This document shows positions 26,601 through 39,726 of a stretch of DNA of 64,000 nt, in pieces (position 1 is the stretch's first letter; each line of letters opens with the position of its first letter). The notes below the pieces were generated by a model. That model worked only from the letters and a program-made list of their open reading frames with translations. It ran no database searches and was not told the origin of the DNA. The position numbers and the translations under genes were made by a program. Source of the stretch: Vairimorpha necatrix (lineage: Eukaryota); the NCBI GenBank assembly GCA_036630325.1, contig CP142726.1, forward strand, positions 1 to 64,000, given 5' to 3'.

Positions 26601-29600
26601 ACTCATCTTATAAAGAACTAAAACATAATTTTAAAAGAAATTGTTTTAAGTAAGATAGTTATATCATAAGTATTGATTGTATACCTTTTTGTATTAATAT
26701 CATATTATGCTTTTGAAAATTTTATTTCTTTTTATAAGTTCTAAATACTAAATTAATAAATTATTTGCCTTATATTTTCATAATTTAAAAATCATTTTGA
26801 TACTTGATGTATGTTTGGTTAAATTCTTATGTCGTTTCTACTTGTTTTATGGATTTATGTTTAAAAAGAACAGTACAAATATTTTTCTTGTATGTTTTGG
26901 ATGAAAATTTTCTCTCTCTTCATTATAAATATGATTTAATAACATTTATGTTCAAATAAAATTGCGTAATTGAGTAAATTAAAAATTTTATTTTGAATCA
27001 CTTGCTTGTTGTATTATTTACTTTATAATTTTAATTTTTTTTGTTTCTTTCTTTTTTTTTTGGGCTCCTCTGGATAAAATATTTTAAAAAGTTGCAAAGA
27101 TAGGATATAGTCTAAATGATGGGATTTTTAAAATGTTTTTGGTGATTTTACAGCATATTCATTTTTTGTGACTGTAATTCAAAAACTAATTAGAGTGGAT
27201 ACCACTTTTACATGCACTTCACATTTTTCATACACTAAATATTCTCAATAGTCTTAAATTAGAAATTTCTAATTATTCAATAACTATAATCTATTTTATA
27301 ATAAGAGTTTTCATCTTAAATATTATATATGAGATATTTACCCTTGATTTTAGCAATTTTTATAAAAAATATATTTTAATAATATTTACCTAGTTTTCAG
27401 CTAAAAATCAATTTCTTTGTAAAGAGATTTTTAAATGAAATCTTATGAACAATCTGACTTATTATTGTAGATAAGCAATCTCAAAGTTAAATTGAAAATA
27501 TAGTAACTTTAATAAATACTAACATCTTTGTGTTCTTATTTTACATCTAATAACTATTTAATATACCAAATACATTAAATGTTTTCATGATAGCTTTACC
27601 ATATTTATACCTCTAAATGTAATAATTTACAAACACGAATTTAATTGAATCATAAAAAATCGCTTGATTGACACTTTAGAAAAATATTATTTCTGTGATA
27701 ACTTGTAATTCTATCATTGTTGTTTAAATCATTAAGTGAAACCTTATATTCTTATAAATATGCTAAAATTGGGTAAGTTTTTAAAGTCATGCTTCTATTT
27801 TTTTTCGAAAATAGTATAAATTTATCTTTGCAATATCCTTTCTATTAACTGAATTTATTTGTGAAATATTGTATGCCTATATGGCTTGAAATATTCTTGG
27901 TTTTTTTCTTAAAATCTGAGTATTTTATTTTAAGACAATTTTAGAATATTATATTTAATTTTTACGGCTTCTTTCTTTTGTATAAAAATATAATTACTTG
28001 TAATAGTAGTCTAATATGAAACAGACTTCAAAAAATATTATTTTTATTTACTTTATCATATTCGATTAGAATTTATAATCAAATTTGTTACATATATTTC
28101 CATTCTTGCTTTCAATAGGGGCTAAATTTTTTTTTGTCCTATTGAATTAATCTCTTGCTGGAATATCTAAAGTATGATATTACATTTGAAATTTACGAAT
28201 TTATACGATGAAATCTATGATGTTTGTAATTTTATAAATTCTTTTTCTCAGGGTTCTTGCATACTTTTAGTATTTTTATACGTTTTTTATTTTTAGTATT
28301 AGGCTATATTTTAATAACGTCTTAAAATTGTGATATTTTGACCATAAAATCGATGTTACAAGATTGAGTTTTGTTGAATTATTGAAATATGGTAAAATAT
28401 ATTACTGAAAAGATCTATTTGTATTAATTTTTTTTGCTTAAGTGATGGTATAAACTTTTTTTGAAAATAAGTTTTATATTTTGCTCTAAAATTTTATTTT
28501 TATATGGGTATTTTGGATATTTATGGATAGTAATTTCTATCAATGTGTAAAAAGCTATCATTTAATTAACCACTAAGAAAATTTCATTACTACTAACTAT
28601 AAATTAAAACATTAGATTTTATTTAAGTGACTGAAAAGAGGGATTAAGGGTGTGAACAGTACAAATAATTTTTTTTTTACTTTATAAAACGTATTAAAAC
28701 ATTAATATCTTCCTGTATCCTTTTATAACATCGTATATCATTTTTTCATAAACAAAGCATATTGTGAGAATTTAAATTTTGGTAGACAAGAATTAATTAT
28801 TTATATCGAAAAAATACTTAATTTTTTTTTAATATTTAAAAACAATTAAGCTATCTCCGATGAAATTTTTGTCCCTAACTTTGTAACCTTATTTTCGGCT
28901 CTTGAGTTAAAACAATATCATTTATATAATTTTCTCTCATTATATCCTTTTTGTTAAGTGTAAAAAACAAATAAATATTAAATTTTTATTATTGGCCTAA
29001 TATATTTATTATTTCCAAAAAAATATAAATACATTTTGAAATTATAATTTCTGTATGTAAATTTTAGATGTTCAAATGTTATTATTTTATTATACAAATA
29101 AAAGAATAATGTCCTGTATAGACGGAACTTTGCTATATTTATTATAGTTTTCTAAAATATTGTTAATATTAATATAAATATTGATGATGTTTTGACTTCT
29201 CATATATTCCATGCCCTCAAAGACAAACTTTTTTATATATTTTATTTTTAATATAACAATTTTGTTCAGCAATTTAGTGAAAGTTCATGCTTTTCCATTT
29301 ATAAACATGTTTCTACAATATCATTGACCCTTATTGTTGTGAGGTGGTCCATACATCACAAATAAAAAATTAGACAGTTTTAAAGAAATAATATTTTATT
29401 TTTCAAGGTATTTTTTCTCCTTAGATTATTTAATTTTAGATTTGTGTGTTTTATTGATTTAAATTAAACGAATTATAGTATAATTAAGTGTTTGTTCTCA
29501 ACATTTTTTATAGTGATAATGTCTTATCTTTTTAAAAATCATTAAAATTACTAAAACTAGAAAAATGTAATAAAAATATGAACATTAATTCTTCAATAAT

Positions 29601-31971
29601 ATTATATATTATGTACGAATACTTTTTAGTAACCAACAATGTTCATGTTGTACATCTTTTACAATTTTATTAATATATAAGATCATCTATATTTATTTTT
29701 TATCAGAAATGACTCATATTGTTTTATAAAAATTGCATTATCAATTTTAGACATATTTTAATTTTATATTAATAGTCTTGTCAAACGGCAAAGAAATTCG
29801 CATTGCTCTAAAGTAGTACATTAAATAACTGGATGTTCGAGCGGCTGTCAATGCCAGGCATTAAAAAGTTTTTAAATAATTTTTTTATTCGAGTCTATCT
29901 CACTTGAATTTATTGATTTTTTAAATAAAATATTTAAAAATAAGAAGGAGTAAATAAAATTAAAAATTGTAAAATACATACTATGAGAAATAAAGATGTT
30001 TATGTAGCTGTAATAACACAATACGTAAGAATTTTTTTGTCTTCAAATATAATCATTCTGATATACAATAAAAAATAAATGTTTATTCAATTCGAATCAC
30101 GTACATATTTTTTAGCTATCTTGTTTAGATCTTGCAAAATTAATGCGTTAATCGTACTATATCATAAAATGTATACCACAGTTATACATTAAAATCCGTC
30201 GGAATGAAAACATGAAGGAATTATTATTAAATATTTGAAGAAAGACATAAAAATATCTTAAAGTTGGCATTGTAGATTTGATATAGTTTAAACTTTTTAC
30301 AAAACTATATCATAAATATATACAAAGTATATTTTTCATAATAGAGACTTTTGATTGAATTGATTTAGAATACTTACTTACGTACTCATACAAAATATGA
30401 ATGAAGCAAAGTTCCACTTTAACATAACACGTTATATTTTGTCTAAATATATCTAAATCAAATTTTATGATTAAATGGTTGCAATATTACTTTTATAAAT
30501 TTTCTCATGCGTCCTTTGATGCGTTCATGATAGAAAATTATTTTTTTTCTTTTTATTTTATTTTTATATATATTATAAAAATTACAATATGGTCGACATC
30601 AAAATGTTTTATTATCTTCTTTTTCTTCTACAATACGTGGGAGTAAAATAAAAAATTTTTATTTATCAGAATATTGTAAACTGTCAAACATGTAGCCCTT
30701 AGAGCTCTGCGACATAAATAATTTAAATTATTACATTGCCATATCGTTTTTATATATATAAAATAATAATATTTAATCTTAAAAAATATTTTTGTTTTCA
30801 ATTTAATATTAATATAAGTATTTGTATTTTATTTAAATACATTATATTTAAATTCAATGTGTTAAATATAATTGTAAGTTACAGGTTAAATTTATTACAA
30901 TTTTATTCGTAAAATCCCCGCGCTAAATTTTGAACTGGGTGATGTAATTATCTTTACTACTTTCTACCCTACTACTTAGCTCTCAAAATAAAGGAGCATT
31001 TTTATGAAAATTAGCCATCGTCTGCGCTTTACTCTACTGCGTCTTACTATGTTTTATTGTATTCGTCTTTACGGTACTTTATTTCCCTGTTATAAAAAAG
31101 ATCTATGGGCATGAGATTTTTCTTTACACATGTCTTTCAAACAATGGTACGAATTTTATCCGTGTATCTCATTCTTCAAAACAAAATAGTCTTTTTTGAT
31201 TTCTTCTTTTTTTAAATCTATTTGGATTTTTTTACACTGGTTGTTAGCCATCTTCATACACAGCTTTGAGTGTGAATAATAGGAATACCACTACGCTACA
31301 TCTGGACATGTCTCATAGCATATATAATTTCCTCATACTGTTTCTTCGCTACTCTTCTCAGCCCAACTACGTTTTCTCCTATCCGATTCCTTTGATTGAT
31401 GCAATTCATTACATTCTTTTCGTTTTGACAAATAACCATCCCTATTCTATCATTACTGCATTTTTTTACGTTTCATGCTTTGACGGAATTTTTAACCTCT
31501 TCCTTTGTTTATGTTTGGGTTCGATTATTTTTTATTCTCCACCATGTTAAAAATAATTGTAAGTTAAGAGTTGGATTTATTAAATATATATTTAATGCAC
31601 TTTGAAAATTATTTTTATAAGTTCTTATTTTAGGATTTAATAACTTTGAATACAAGATAGAAATCGTATAACATGCCATTATTATGCGTGTATAATGCTT
31701 GGACAATATTTTATCCACTGATATATTACTTTGATCGAAAATCTTGGTTTAATATACATTCGAGAATGTTTTAAAATGCTTATTTCTCTGTCATTATTAA
31801 GATGATACCATCATATACTTGAGATAAAAACACTATATGTTGTTGATTCGAATTCACTATTTACAACAACGACGATTACATTAATTTTTTTGTGAAAAAT
31901 ATAAAGATATTAGAACGTAACAAAGTATACCACAATTTAGTTAAATTAGATATTTATTTTTCTCTAAGATC

Positions 31972-34269
31972 TCACTCTTCTTTATCTTTTATTGTTTTTA
32001 CTAAATCATCATGTAATGTTATTCCTGATTTATTTAAACTTTTTAATATGCCAATTTCACCTAATATGTTAACCATCCTTCTAAGAATTTTTTCGCAAGC
32101 ATATTGTTTAAATGCTTCATTATTTAAACTATTTTCGATAAGTGAAACAGAAACTCTTGGTAAATCTCTTTCACAACTTCTTTTTGTATTTTTGTCAATA
32201 AAAGCACTCAATTCAGCAAAGAATGTAATCAAAATGTTATCATTATATTCGAGTAGAATATTTTTGTCATATTTATCTATGAATTTAATCAATTCGTGAG
32301 TTTCAATATCACCTATATAAATATTTGTTATTTCTTCTCTTCCTCTTTCTCTTAAGTCATTTTCAAATTTAGTTCTTGTCTTTTCATCGTATAAATTTTC
32401 AATATTTGCATTTAAAGCTTCATTTTTCAAAGACATTAACTTTAATCTATGTATTTTTATATTTATTTTATTTAAGAGTGTCGTTATTTCAGATCTTTTA
32501 ATCTTTATTTCTTCTTCGCTCATTTTTAGATGGCTAATGCTTTCGATAATATTTTTAATATTATAAAAATACTTTAAATTTTCTTTTTTAATGTCTTCTA
32601 AATGTTTTTCTAATATTTTTTTACTTACCGTATCGTAATTTTTAGTAACTTCATTTTCCCCGAGGCCCAAATTTGCGATCTCATTACTTTTTACGATATA
32701 ATAATAATAATCAGCTGCAATGCATTCAGTCTTTTCTAAACCTGTAAACAATGCCGCAAATTTATATACAACCTTCCAAATATTTCTTTTATATATTTTT
32801 ATATCCGCAAGACAATTTTTTATTAAATATTGATATGCTTTACACAAATTAATATTATCTTCGCTCGAGATAATGTTCATTGAATTTTCCTGCGACGGAA
32901 CTAATTCAGTAATTCTTTTCAAAGTCCCAAATATTGGTTCATCGAATACATCGTTTTTATTAATAAGCTCTTCAGCTTCTAGCAATAAACAGATTTTAAT
33001 TAGATAGGTACTTGATGACTTATAGCCGCGCGAAAATATATCCTGTAGTGCTTCCAAGATTATTTGCCTTTCTGTTTTATTTCTCTGTTTTTTTCCTATT
33101 GTCAACTCTAGTTCGTTTTTATTAATTATATTCTGACAGTCTATAAGATATTTAAAAATAATATTCAGAACAGTGCTTGTTTTATCTAAAATTCTATTTA
33201 ATAAATAAAGTACTTGATTATTATTACTCATCAACCTATAAAACAATTCTATGATATTTTCTTTCTCTTTCATTTGTTCTATTGCATAAATTTTTTTAAA
33301 AAATCCTTGAAATTCTAAATAAGTTTTTTCATAAATGAATAATTTAGTTTCACCTCTACCTACCTTCTTTCTTAAAATATATTTAAAATTATCAGTGTTA
33401 ATAGTAAGACATAATTTTTCACATTCTAAACCCATTTGTATTTTGTTTTCGAAAAATTCAATTTTATTGAGTTCACAAACTGAAAAGCGTGAAGGATGTA
33501 AGGAACCGATATCATCAGTAGAAACAAAAGCATACAAATCACAAAACAACCTACTAATCAGATCATGACTTTCATCTTCATGTGGAGGCTCAAATTCTAC
33601 CAGTGATAATATCAAATTTCTATCAAGTTCTTTAACATCTATTTCAAAACAATAATATATATTATCTAATTGAATACTAATAACTAAATAAATTCCTTCT
33701 GTATTTTCTTCAATATATAGCGGAATTTTATAATCGATCCGAACTCCGTATAATTCCAAATCATCTCTCAATACTTTGGTCATTCTATACCATAGAGAAT
33801 CGATGCCAATTATATATTTATAAATGATATCAGGACGTATGTGCATTTCTTTTCGTTCGTCATTTATTTTTTCTATCCGTTTGATAATTCTTTTATAGAA
33901 TGCATTAGTTCTACAATTGTTTGGTCTGTATATTAATATTATAGCATCTGCTGCTTTTTTTTTGTATTTAATAAATAATTTTTCTTCGAATTTCTTTAAG
34001 ATATTATCAATAGATTTGTTCTCCATATCCACAATCAAATATTCTGATTCTTCAAAATGCCAAGGAAAAGTTGTAATCTTAATTCCTGCTTTTATTGCAT
34101 TTTTGCGAAGGTGAAAATTAAACATTACACATAAATATCTGCTTTCATTATTCAAAAAACAATAATCTCCTACTGCTATTTTATTTAAAAAAGCAATTTT
34201 TAGATTATTATACACAATATCCGAACATTGTACAACTAAAAATGCTACAACAAATTTAATTATATTCAT
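31972..34269 (-). CDS. 765-aa hypothetical secreted protein (N-terminal signal peptide, Lys/Ile-rich, no recognised domain)
   Basis: Long intact ORF with signal-like start MNIIKFVVAFLVVQCS. CCCC lies immediately before the ATG. Confidence 0.88.
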   Translation of the reverse strand: MNIIKFVVAFLVVQCSDIVYNNLKIAFLNKIAVGDYCFLNNESRYLCVMFNFHLRKNAIKAGIKITTFPWHFEESEYLIVDMENKSIDNILKKFEEKLFIKYKKKAADAIILIYRPNNCRTNAFYKRIIKRIEKINDERKEMHIRPDIIYKYIIGIDSLWYRMTKVLRDDLELYGVRIDYKIPLYIEENTEGIYLVISIQLDNIYYCFEIDVKELDRNLILSLVEFEPPHEDESHDLISRLFCDLYAFVSTDDIGSLHPSRFSVCELNKIEFFENKIQMGLECEKLCLTINTDNFKYILRKKVGRGETKLFIYEKTYLEFQGFFKKIYAIEQMKEKENIIELFYRLMSNNNQVLYLLNRILDKTSTVLNIIFKYLIDCQNIINKNELELTIGKKQRNKTERQIILEALQDIFSRGYKSSSTYLIKICLLLEAEELINKNDVFDEPIFGTLKRITELVPSQENSMNIISSEDNINLCKAYQYLIKNCLADIKIYKRNIWKVVYKFAALFTGLEKTECIAADYYYYIVKSNEIANLGLGENEVTKNYDTVSKKILEKHLEDIKKENLKYFYNIKNIIESISHLKMSEEEIKIKRSEITTLLNKINIKIHRLKLMSLKNEALNANIENLYDEKTRTKFENDLRERGREEITNIYIGDIETHELIKFIDKYDKNILLEYNDNILITFFAELSAFIDKNTKRSCERDLPRVSVSLIENSLNNEAFKQYACEKILRRMVNILGEIGILKSLNKSGITLHDDLVKTIKDKEE

Positions 34270-34462
34270 GGGGTTACAACGATTTTTTTTAGATAGTAAA
34301 AAATTTTTAATTAAATTAAGTATTAATATTTTTTTTATTATTTAATATTTAGACATCCAAATTTTCAATGAATAATATTTCAATCTTTAGCAAAATTTTT
34401 GACAGGCAAAAAAATGTTTTTTATTTAAAACCCATCAGTTTAAATGTCAAAACAAATCCATG

Positions 34463-34599
34463 GGCTTAAGCAAACTACAGCCCCTTTTTAAGGGTGTTCA
34501 TTTTATCGAATCTCAAAAACGAACTGCAAAAAAAAAGGAAGAGCAAAGAAGAGCTAAAATCTCAAAGCACTTATGATATTAAAAAACAATAAATAAATA
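34463..34599 (+). mobile_element. Merlin-like terminal inverted repeat (left end), interrupted by a LINE insertion
   Basis: Resembles the TIRs at 35980-36165 and the reverse complement of 37290-37429 (tgttca.ttt..tcgaa...aaaac.aa.tgcaaaaaa..gagca..aagcacttatga.attaaaa). Confidence 0.55.
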
Positions 34600-35231
34600 A
34601 TTTATTGGGCTATTTTATAATAAATTTTAAATAGTGTTAGCATAGCTGTCCCCGGTATCGCTCATGGGATTCAGCTCTTCACAGAATTTTGTTTCTGTGG
34701 AATTATTAATGTTTTCCAACTTCACTTTTTCAGCTTCATTCCCATTTGCCGACATCACTCCTTTAACAGTTGCCATATTCGCTATTGCGCTTACAGCTCT
34801 ATCCACTTCTTCTTCCACTGCATCTGATCGTATACTCGTCGTCGTTCCAAAAAAATGGACTCTAGAGCTTGATCGACAATAGACTGGATATATGCTTCCA
34901 GGTAGAGTTTGATTTTCAGCTTCCTGATATACTTTCTGTGATATTTGGTTATCACTCCATCCCATGTCATCACATAAGGAACTATTCTTGTCCGAAATTT
35001 ATGTATTAGTCCCAGTTCATTTGCAAGAAGGTCATATTTTTTGAGTTTTTCATTCTCAACTATAGTAAGTCGATCCTGGTTGGTTATACCAACTTCAACT
35101 ATTAAAATTTCTTTCTTCTTCTTGTCAAACACAAGAATATCAGGCTTATTATGGGTCACCTTTATATTAGTGGATATTCTCGTATCTACTCTTATTTCTG
35201 CACGATCATTTTCCATGATCTCTTGTACTGG
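34600..35231 (-). mobile_element. 5'-truncated non-LTR retrotransposon with C-terminal restriction-like (PD-D/ExK) endonuclease, frameshifted
   Basis: Translation HNKPDILVFDKKKKEILIVEVGIT...ENEKLKKY. AATAAA at the 3' end. ~21-bp TSD attaaaaa(a)caataaataaata at 34578-34599 and 35232-35252. Confidence 0.9.
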
Positions 35232-35659
35232 ATTAAAAACAATAAATAAATATATATATATATATATATATATATTTATTTATGTACAAGATTATATCTT
35301 AATTTGAGTTCTTACAATTATATAAATTAATAAGCATTTTTACTATTCTGATTTTTTAGAATTGGGGACCGAAACGCTCCACTCTGAGGGGTTTCTCTTT
35401 TTTTTGTAATTAAAAAACGAAGTGACGCAAAAAAGAGAAGCAATCATTACCACTCAAACTACTTGCAACTTTAAACATAAATACCAAATAAATATATATT
35501 TGTATAAAAAATTTAATTTTAAAAAAGAATATTTTTGAAACTATATAATTCTTAAGAATTCAACATATTTTGCATTTAATTTTTTCATTAAACAATCTGT
35601 CTAGATTGTAGAACAATTATTTAATTTTCCTTACATAAATGTTATTTATATTTTTTGGT

Positions 35660-35904
35660 TGTCATAACCTCGGGTGAGAAGTCCGAAACGAAGTTGTTGT
35701 TCTATGATTGAACAAATAAATATATATATTTATTTAAAGGGATAAGTTCATGATCTCGCTGTGGAGTCATGTTTGCTGATTGTCTGTCTGATAGTTTCTT
35801 CTCGTTTTTGCATGACCTTCTTTAATTATTTTTTATTTATAAAAAATATTTTCTAAAATTGAAAGGGAAGACATATTTAAGAATTAATTGTGGTGGATAC
35901 CACA
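35660..35904 (-). mobile_element. Solo LTR (~300-bp family), diverged copy D
   Basis: The minus strand begins TGTGGTATCCACCACA, has TATAAATA and AATAAA, and ends ...GACA. The flanks (ttggt/tcgga) match only imperfectly. Confidence 0.5.
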
Positions 35905-35979
35905 TCGGATTTTAAAATGAGATTTTAGAAGAAAATCTTCTTTATTAATAAACCAAAAATTGAAAAAAAATATAAAGGG

Positions 35980-37229
35980 TGAGGTGGGGTACATTAGACC
36001 CCCCCCCCTTTTTTAAGCGCTTCAATTTTTTTTCAACCCCCAAAATTGAAGTGCAAAAAAAAAAAAGAGGAGCAAGAAAGGGACAAAAATTTCTTGCCAC
36101 TTTAAACATTAAAAATACAAAAATTAATATAAAACGGCTTAAAATTAAATTTTAAACCAAGATCTAAAAATAAAAAGTGTCTACTTAAAATTTTAAAATA
36201 AATTCATATTCATTTATTTTATGATAATTTTCATTTTTTTCCCTTTTAAAATGACAGAATTCTACAAGGACGTTGAGAAAATATTTATATCTACTTTAAA
36301 TTCAAGGTTTTGTCTACTTTGTAGTGGGAACGTAGACAGACGTATAGAAATACAAAATCAAATGAGATGTACAACAAAAAGTTGCAGAAAAAATAACGAT
36401 ATCAAAAAAGAAAGGTTTTAATAGATCTAAATTGCCATGGCTGATAATATGCCAAGTCATATTTCTTTTTGTTGAAATACGGTCATAAAAACAATTAAAA
36501 AATATATAGTTTTAGTCGAAAACCAATTTATAGAATTATCAAAAACTTTAGTAAGCATATAACTGGTAATAAAAAAAAATAGGAGGTCCAGGTATAATTG
36601 TAGAGATTGACGAATCTAAATTCGGAAAGAGAAAATACAACAATGGCCACAAAGATACGGCGTATGGGTACTTGGGATGGGAAAGGACGACGGAACGAGG
36701 CTTAGTCTTACTTAAAGTTTAAAATAGAAAAGCCATGACTCATGAAAGATTAATAAAAGAATATGTACTCCCGGAAGTATTAATTATACTGATTTTTTTA
36801 GCGGGTATATAAATTTAAATCAATTACGCTTATACGAACACCATACCGTTAACCGTTCCCTTGTTTTTATAAATTTAGAGAATGGTATTCATACTAACAC
36901 AATTAAAGGAACATGGGCTGGTGTAAAAAGAGTAATTCCTGCAAGATATGGACTGAAAAAGATGTAAATCTATTTCTTTATCTGTTTACTTTTAAAATAA
37001 ATAATCCTTACAACCCCCTCAAAAATATGATAAAAAGTGGTTTTGCATAACATATCTTGGTTTAAAACTTTATTTAAAGACGTTTTATATTATTATTTTG
37101 TATTTTATACGTTTAAAGTGGCAAGAAATTTTTATTCCTTTCTTGCTCCTCTTTTTTTTGCACTTCAATTTTGGGGTTCGAAAAAAAATTGAAGCGCTTT
37201 AAAAAGGGGGTCTAATGTATCCTCCACCC
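35980..37229 (+). mobile_element. Merlin (IS1595/ISXO2-like) DNA transposon with long TIRs and a degenerate transposase
   Basis: ~175-bp inverted repeats (35988-36163 vs 37054-37222). Broken ORF ~36251-37050 with CxxC...CxxxxC zinc ribbon, IGGPGIIVEIDESKFGKRKYN, GVWVLG, HHTVN and HTNTIKGTW motifs. Confidence 0.9.
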
Positions 37230-37289
37230 TAAAAAGGGTAAATAAGGTACAATACCTTAAATAATTTTTATAACTAAATTTATAATATA

Positions 37290-37429
37290 TTTATTTTTTT
37301 ATTTTAATGTCATAAGTGCTTAGTAATTTTTGTCTCCTTCATGCTCCTGCTTTTTTGCACTTTGTTTTAGGGGTTCGAAAAAATAAAGTGAACATATTCA
37401 GAGAGGGGATTGTATTAGCATCTTTAGCC
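37290..37429 (-). mobile_element. Merlin-like TIR (right end) of an older related element
   Basis: The reverse complement GGCTAAAGATGCTAATACAATCCCC... resembles 34463-34580. No matching TSD was found. Confidence 0.5.
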
Positions 37430-37952
37430 ATAAGTGGCTATATATTTAGAGGGTAAAATTTAAGGATATAGTAATTCAGCTTAAAAGAAGTTTTCTTGTA
37501 AATTTATTAGCAATATATAACCGTATGTATTTTTAAACGTAAACAAATTTTAAGGGAAAATTATCAAAAATAAAAAAAATGAAAAATTGACAGCCATCAT
37601 AAATTTAATGATTACTATTATATCTTTATTCAAAAATATGACATTTTAATGTACTTCTGAGTGCCTCGATCTAAATCTCACTATTTAATATTTATTATTC
37701 AAGAATGTGGCAATGAAAAGACAATATGATCTTAGTCTCGAATTATTTTATGCATATTAATGCTTTACAAATGATTTTCAAAATTTTTTTCCTGTCAAAT
37801 ATTTTAAAAAAAGATTTTTACATCTTGTTATGAACTGTAAAAATCTAAGAAAATTATTTTAAAAGTATTTCTCGTTGTTATCTATAAATTTAATCTTTAA
37901 TAAATTCAAGTGTGATCTTGTTGTTATATATTGCTATTTTTAAAGCCCTATT

Positions 37953-39047
37953 ATGTTTTTTATCATGTTTGTTTGCTTATATTTAACTTTCATTGATCAT
38001 GGAAATCATATTATTGAATATTTGTCTGGTATTGTATCCATTTATTTAAAATATCAAGCATTAAGAAGGCATTTACGTATTGAAAATGAATCGAGAATAG
38101 AAATTAAAGAGCAAAATGTGAATGCGTTAGATATAGAATCTTTCAAAAGCGAAGTTGCAAGTGTAATCATTGATGATTTAAGTGAACCAAAGATAGAGTA
38201 TAAATATTATGTAAATATTAATTTTATAGAGGTTTTTCAACACGAAAAAGAATTTAAAAAAAATTCTGATACTGACGCAATTGAATTTAGAGAAAACAAT
38301 ACCATTAAAGTATTGGGTTTTATTAATCGTTCTGATACTGATGCAATTGGATTTAGAGAAAATAATAACAATAATGAATTAGAATTTATAAAACGTTCTG
38401 ATACTGATGCAATTAAATTCAGAGAAAATAATAATAATAAAGAAGTAGAATTTAAAAAGAATTCTGGAACTGATGCAATTGAATTTAGAGAAAATAATAA
38501 TAATAAAGAAGTAGAATTTAAAAAGAATTCTGGAACTGATGCAATTGAATTTAGAGAAAATAATACCAATAAAGAATTAGAATTTGAAAAGAATTTTGAT
38601 ACTAGTACAATTGAATTTCGAGAAAATAATACCAATAAAGAATTAGAATTTAAAAAGAATTCTGAAACTGATGCAATTGAATTTAGCGAAACAAATACCA
38701 ATAAAGAATTAGAATTTGAAAATAATTTTGATACTAGTACAATTGAATTTCAAGAAAACAATACTAAGACAGAATTATATGACAACAATAAACCAGTAAT
38801 CTGTACTAAAGAGGATTACAATCCTAGCAAGCTCGATATCAAACAGGAGATTTCGCAATCAAATCATGTTAATGAAGAAGATTCATCTTCTGATGATGGC
38901 AATACTAAGCGTAACCCTGTGATGTCTCCATCTAATCTAATAACTGTTGTATTATTCATCATTATTCCATTAATAATTCTAGTTATGTATTATTCTTACA
39001 AATTATTTAAGATTAAACATACTAAAAATGCTATAAATGAATTATAA
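37953..39047 (+). CDS. 364-aa repeat-containing surface protein (N-terminal hydrophobic segment, ~8 x 21-aa repeats, C-terminal TM)
   Basis: 63-bp tandem repeats (SDTDAIEFRENNNNKELEFKKN) at ~38250-38770. TM LITVVLFIIIPLIILVMYY. CCC at 37946-37948. Confidence 0.92.
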   Translation: MFFIMFVCLYLTFIDHGNHIIEYLSGIVSIYLKYQALRRHLRIENESRIEIKEQNVNALDIESFKSEVASVIIDDLSEPKIEYKYYVNINFIEVFQHEKEFKKNSDTDAIEFRENNTIKVLGFINRSDTDAIGFRENNNNNELEFIKRSDTDAIKFRENNNNKEVEFKKNSGTDAIEFRENNNNKEVEFKKNSGTDAIEFRENNTNKELEFEKNFDTSTIEFRENNTNKELEFKKNSETDAIEFSETNTNKELEFENNFDTSTIEFQENNTKTELYDNNKPVICTKEDYNPSKLDIKQEISQSNHVNEEDSSSDDGNTKRNPVMSPSNLITVVLFIIIPLIILVMYYSYKLFKIKHTKNAINEL

Positions 39048-39726
39048 AAATGGTACTGATTAAAAGAATATAGCTTGCTTGTATAAACATTAATAAATAG
39101 CAAATCATTTTTACGTAACATAGCATCGTAACTTTAATTATATTTATACATTCAGTTTAATAACATGTTGATTTAAACTGTACATTTTGACAAATACTTT
39201 TAACGACTTATTATTTTTTCCAGTAAGATTTTAAAATATTGAGCGACGAATTCAGTTATAAAAAAAAAGATGTCATAAGTATATGAAAGAATAGTTAATC
39301 ATAGTTTAGATCAAGTTACCTGCCTTCAGCATACTTTAACTAGTAGGTAAAAATAGAAACTCTTTTGGAATCACAAAAAATGTGCTTTCTAGTAAAATGA
39401 ATAATAAAGTAGATTTAACAATAGTGGCCTTTTTATTTATGTGTAAAATGTAATCTTTTTTAAAATTTAAATTTTTCTATATTTTTCATGACAATGTAGT
39501 TCTTTGGAAGTCTTATTTCTATTTGTTTCTTTTTTAATTTGTTGGCTGAAATAAGACAATTTGGCTAAAATAGCATTAGTGTAAAAAAAATTTAAGGAAT
39601 CAAAATTTTTAAAAAACTGTCCTTTTTAAAAAAGAAAAGGAAAGGAAAACTTCAAAACTTAACTTGTATATAGAAATGTTATAAAATTAAGATATAATAA
39701 GTAAAAAAAAATATTGACAACATAAT

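Noticed and set aside
30990-31750. Possible piggyBac or retroelement relic on the minus strand
   Set aside because: It looks coding-like, but I could not confirm any diagnostic motif, TIR or TSD.
34463-37429. Outer TIRs as one composite Merlin element
   Set aside because: The ends are related but diverged, and their flanks share no TSD.
38237-38701. Antisense ORFs opposite real genes (also 31892-32299, 43109-43725, 50602-50853)
   Set aside because: Shadow frames of genuine CDSs.
38250-38770. Regularly spaced repeats resembling a CRISPR array
   Set aside because: They are in-frame coding tandem repeats without unique spacers, in a eukaryotic context.
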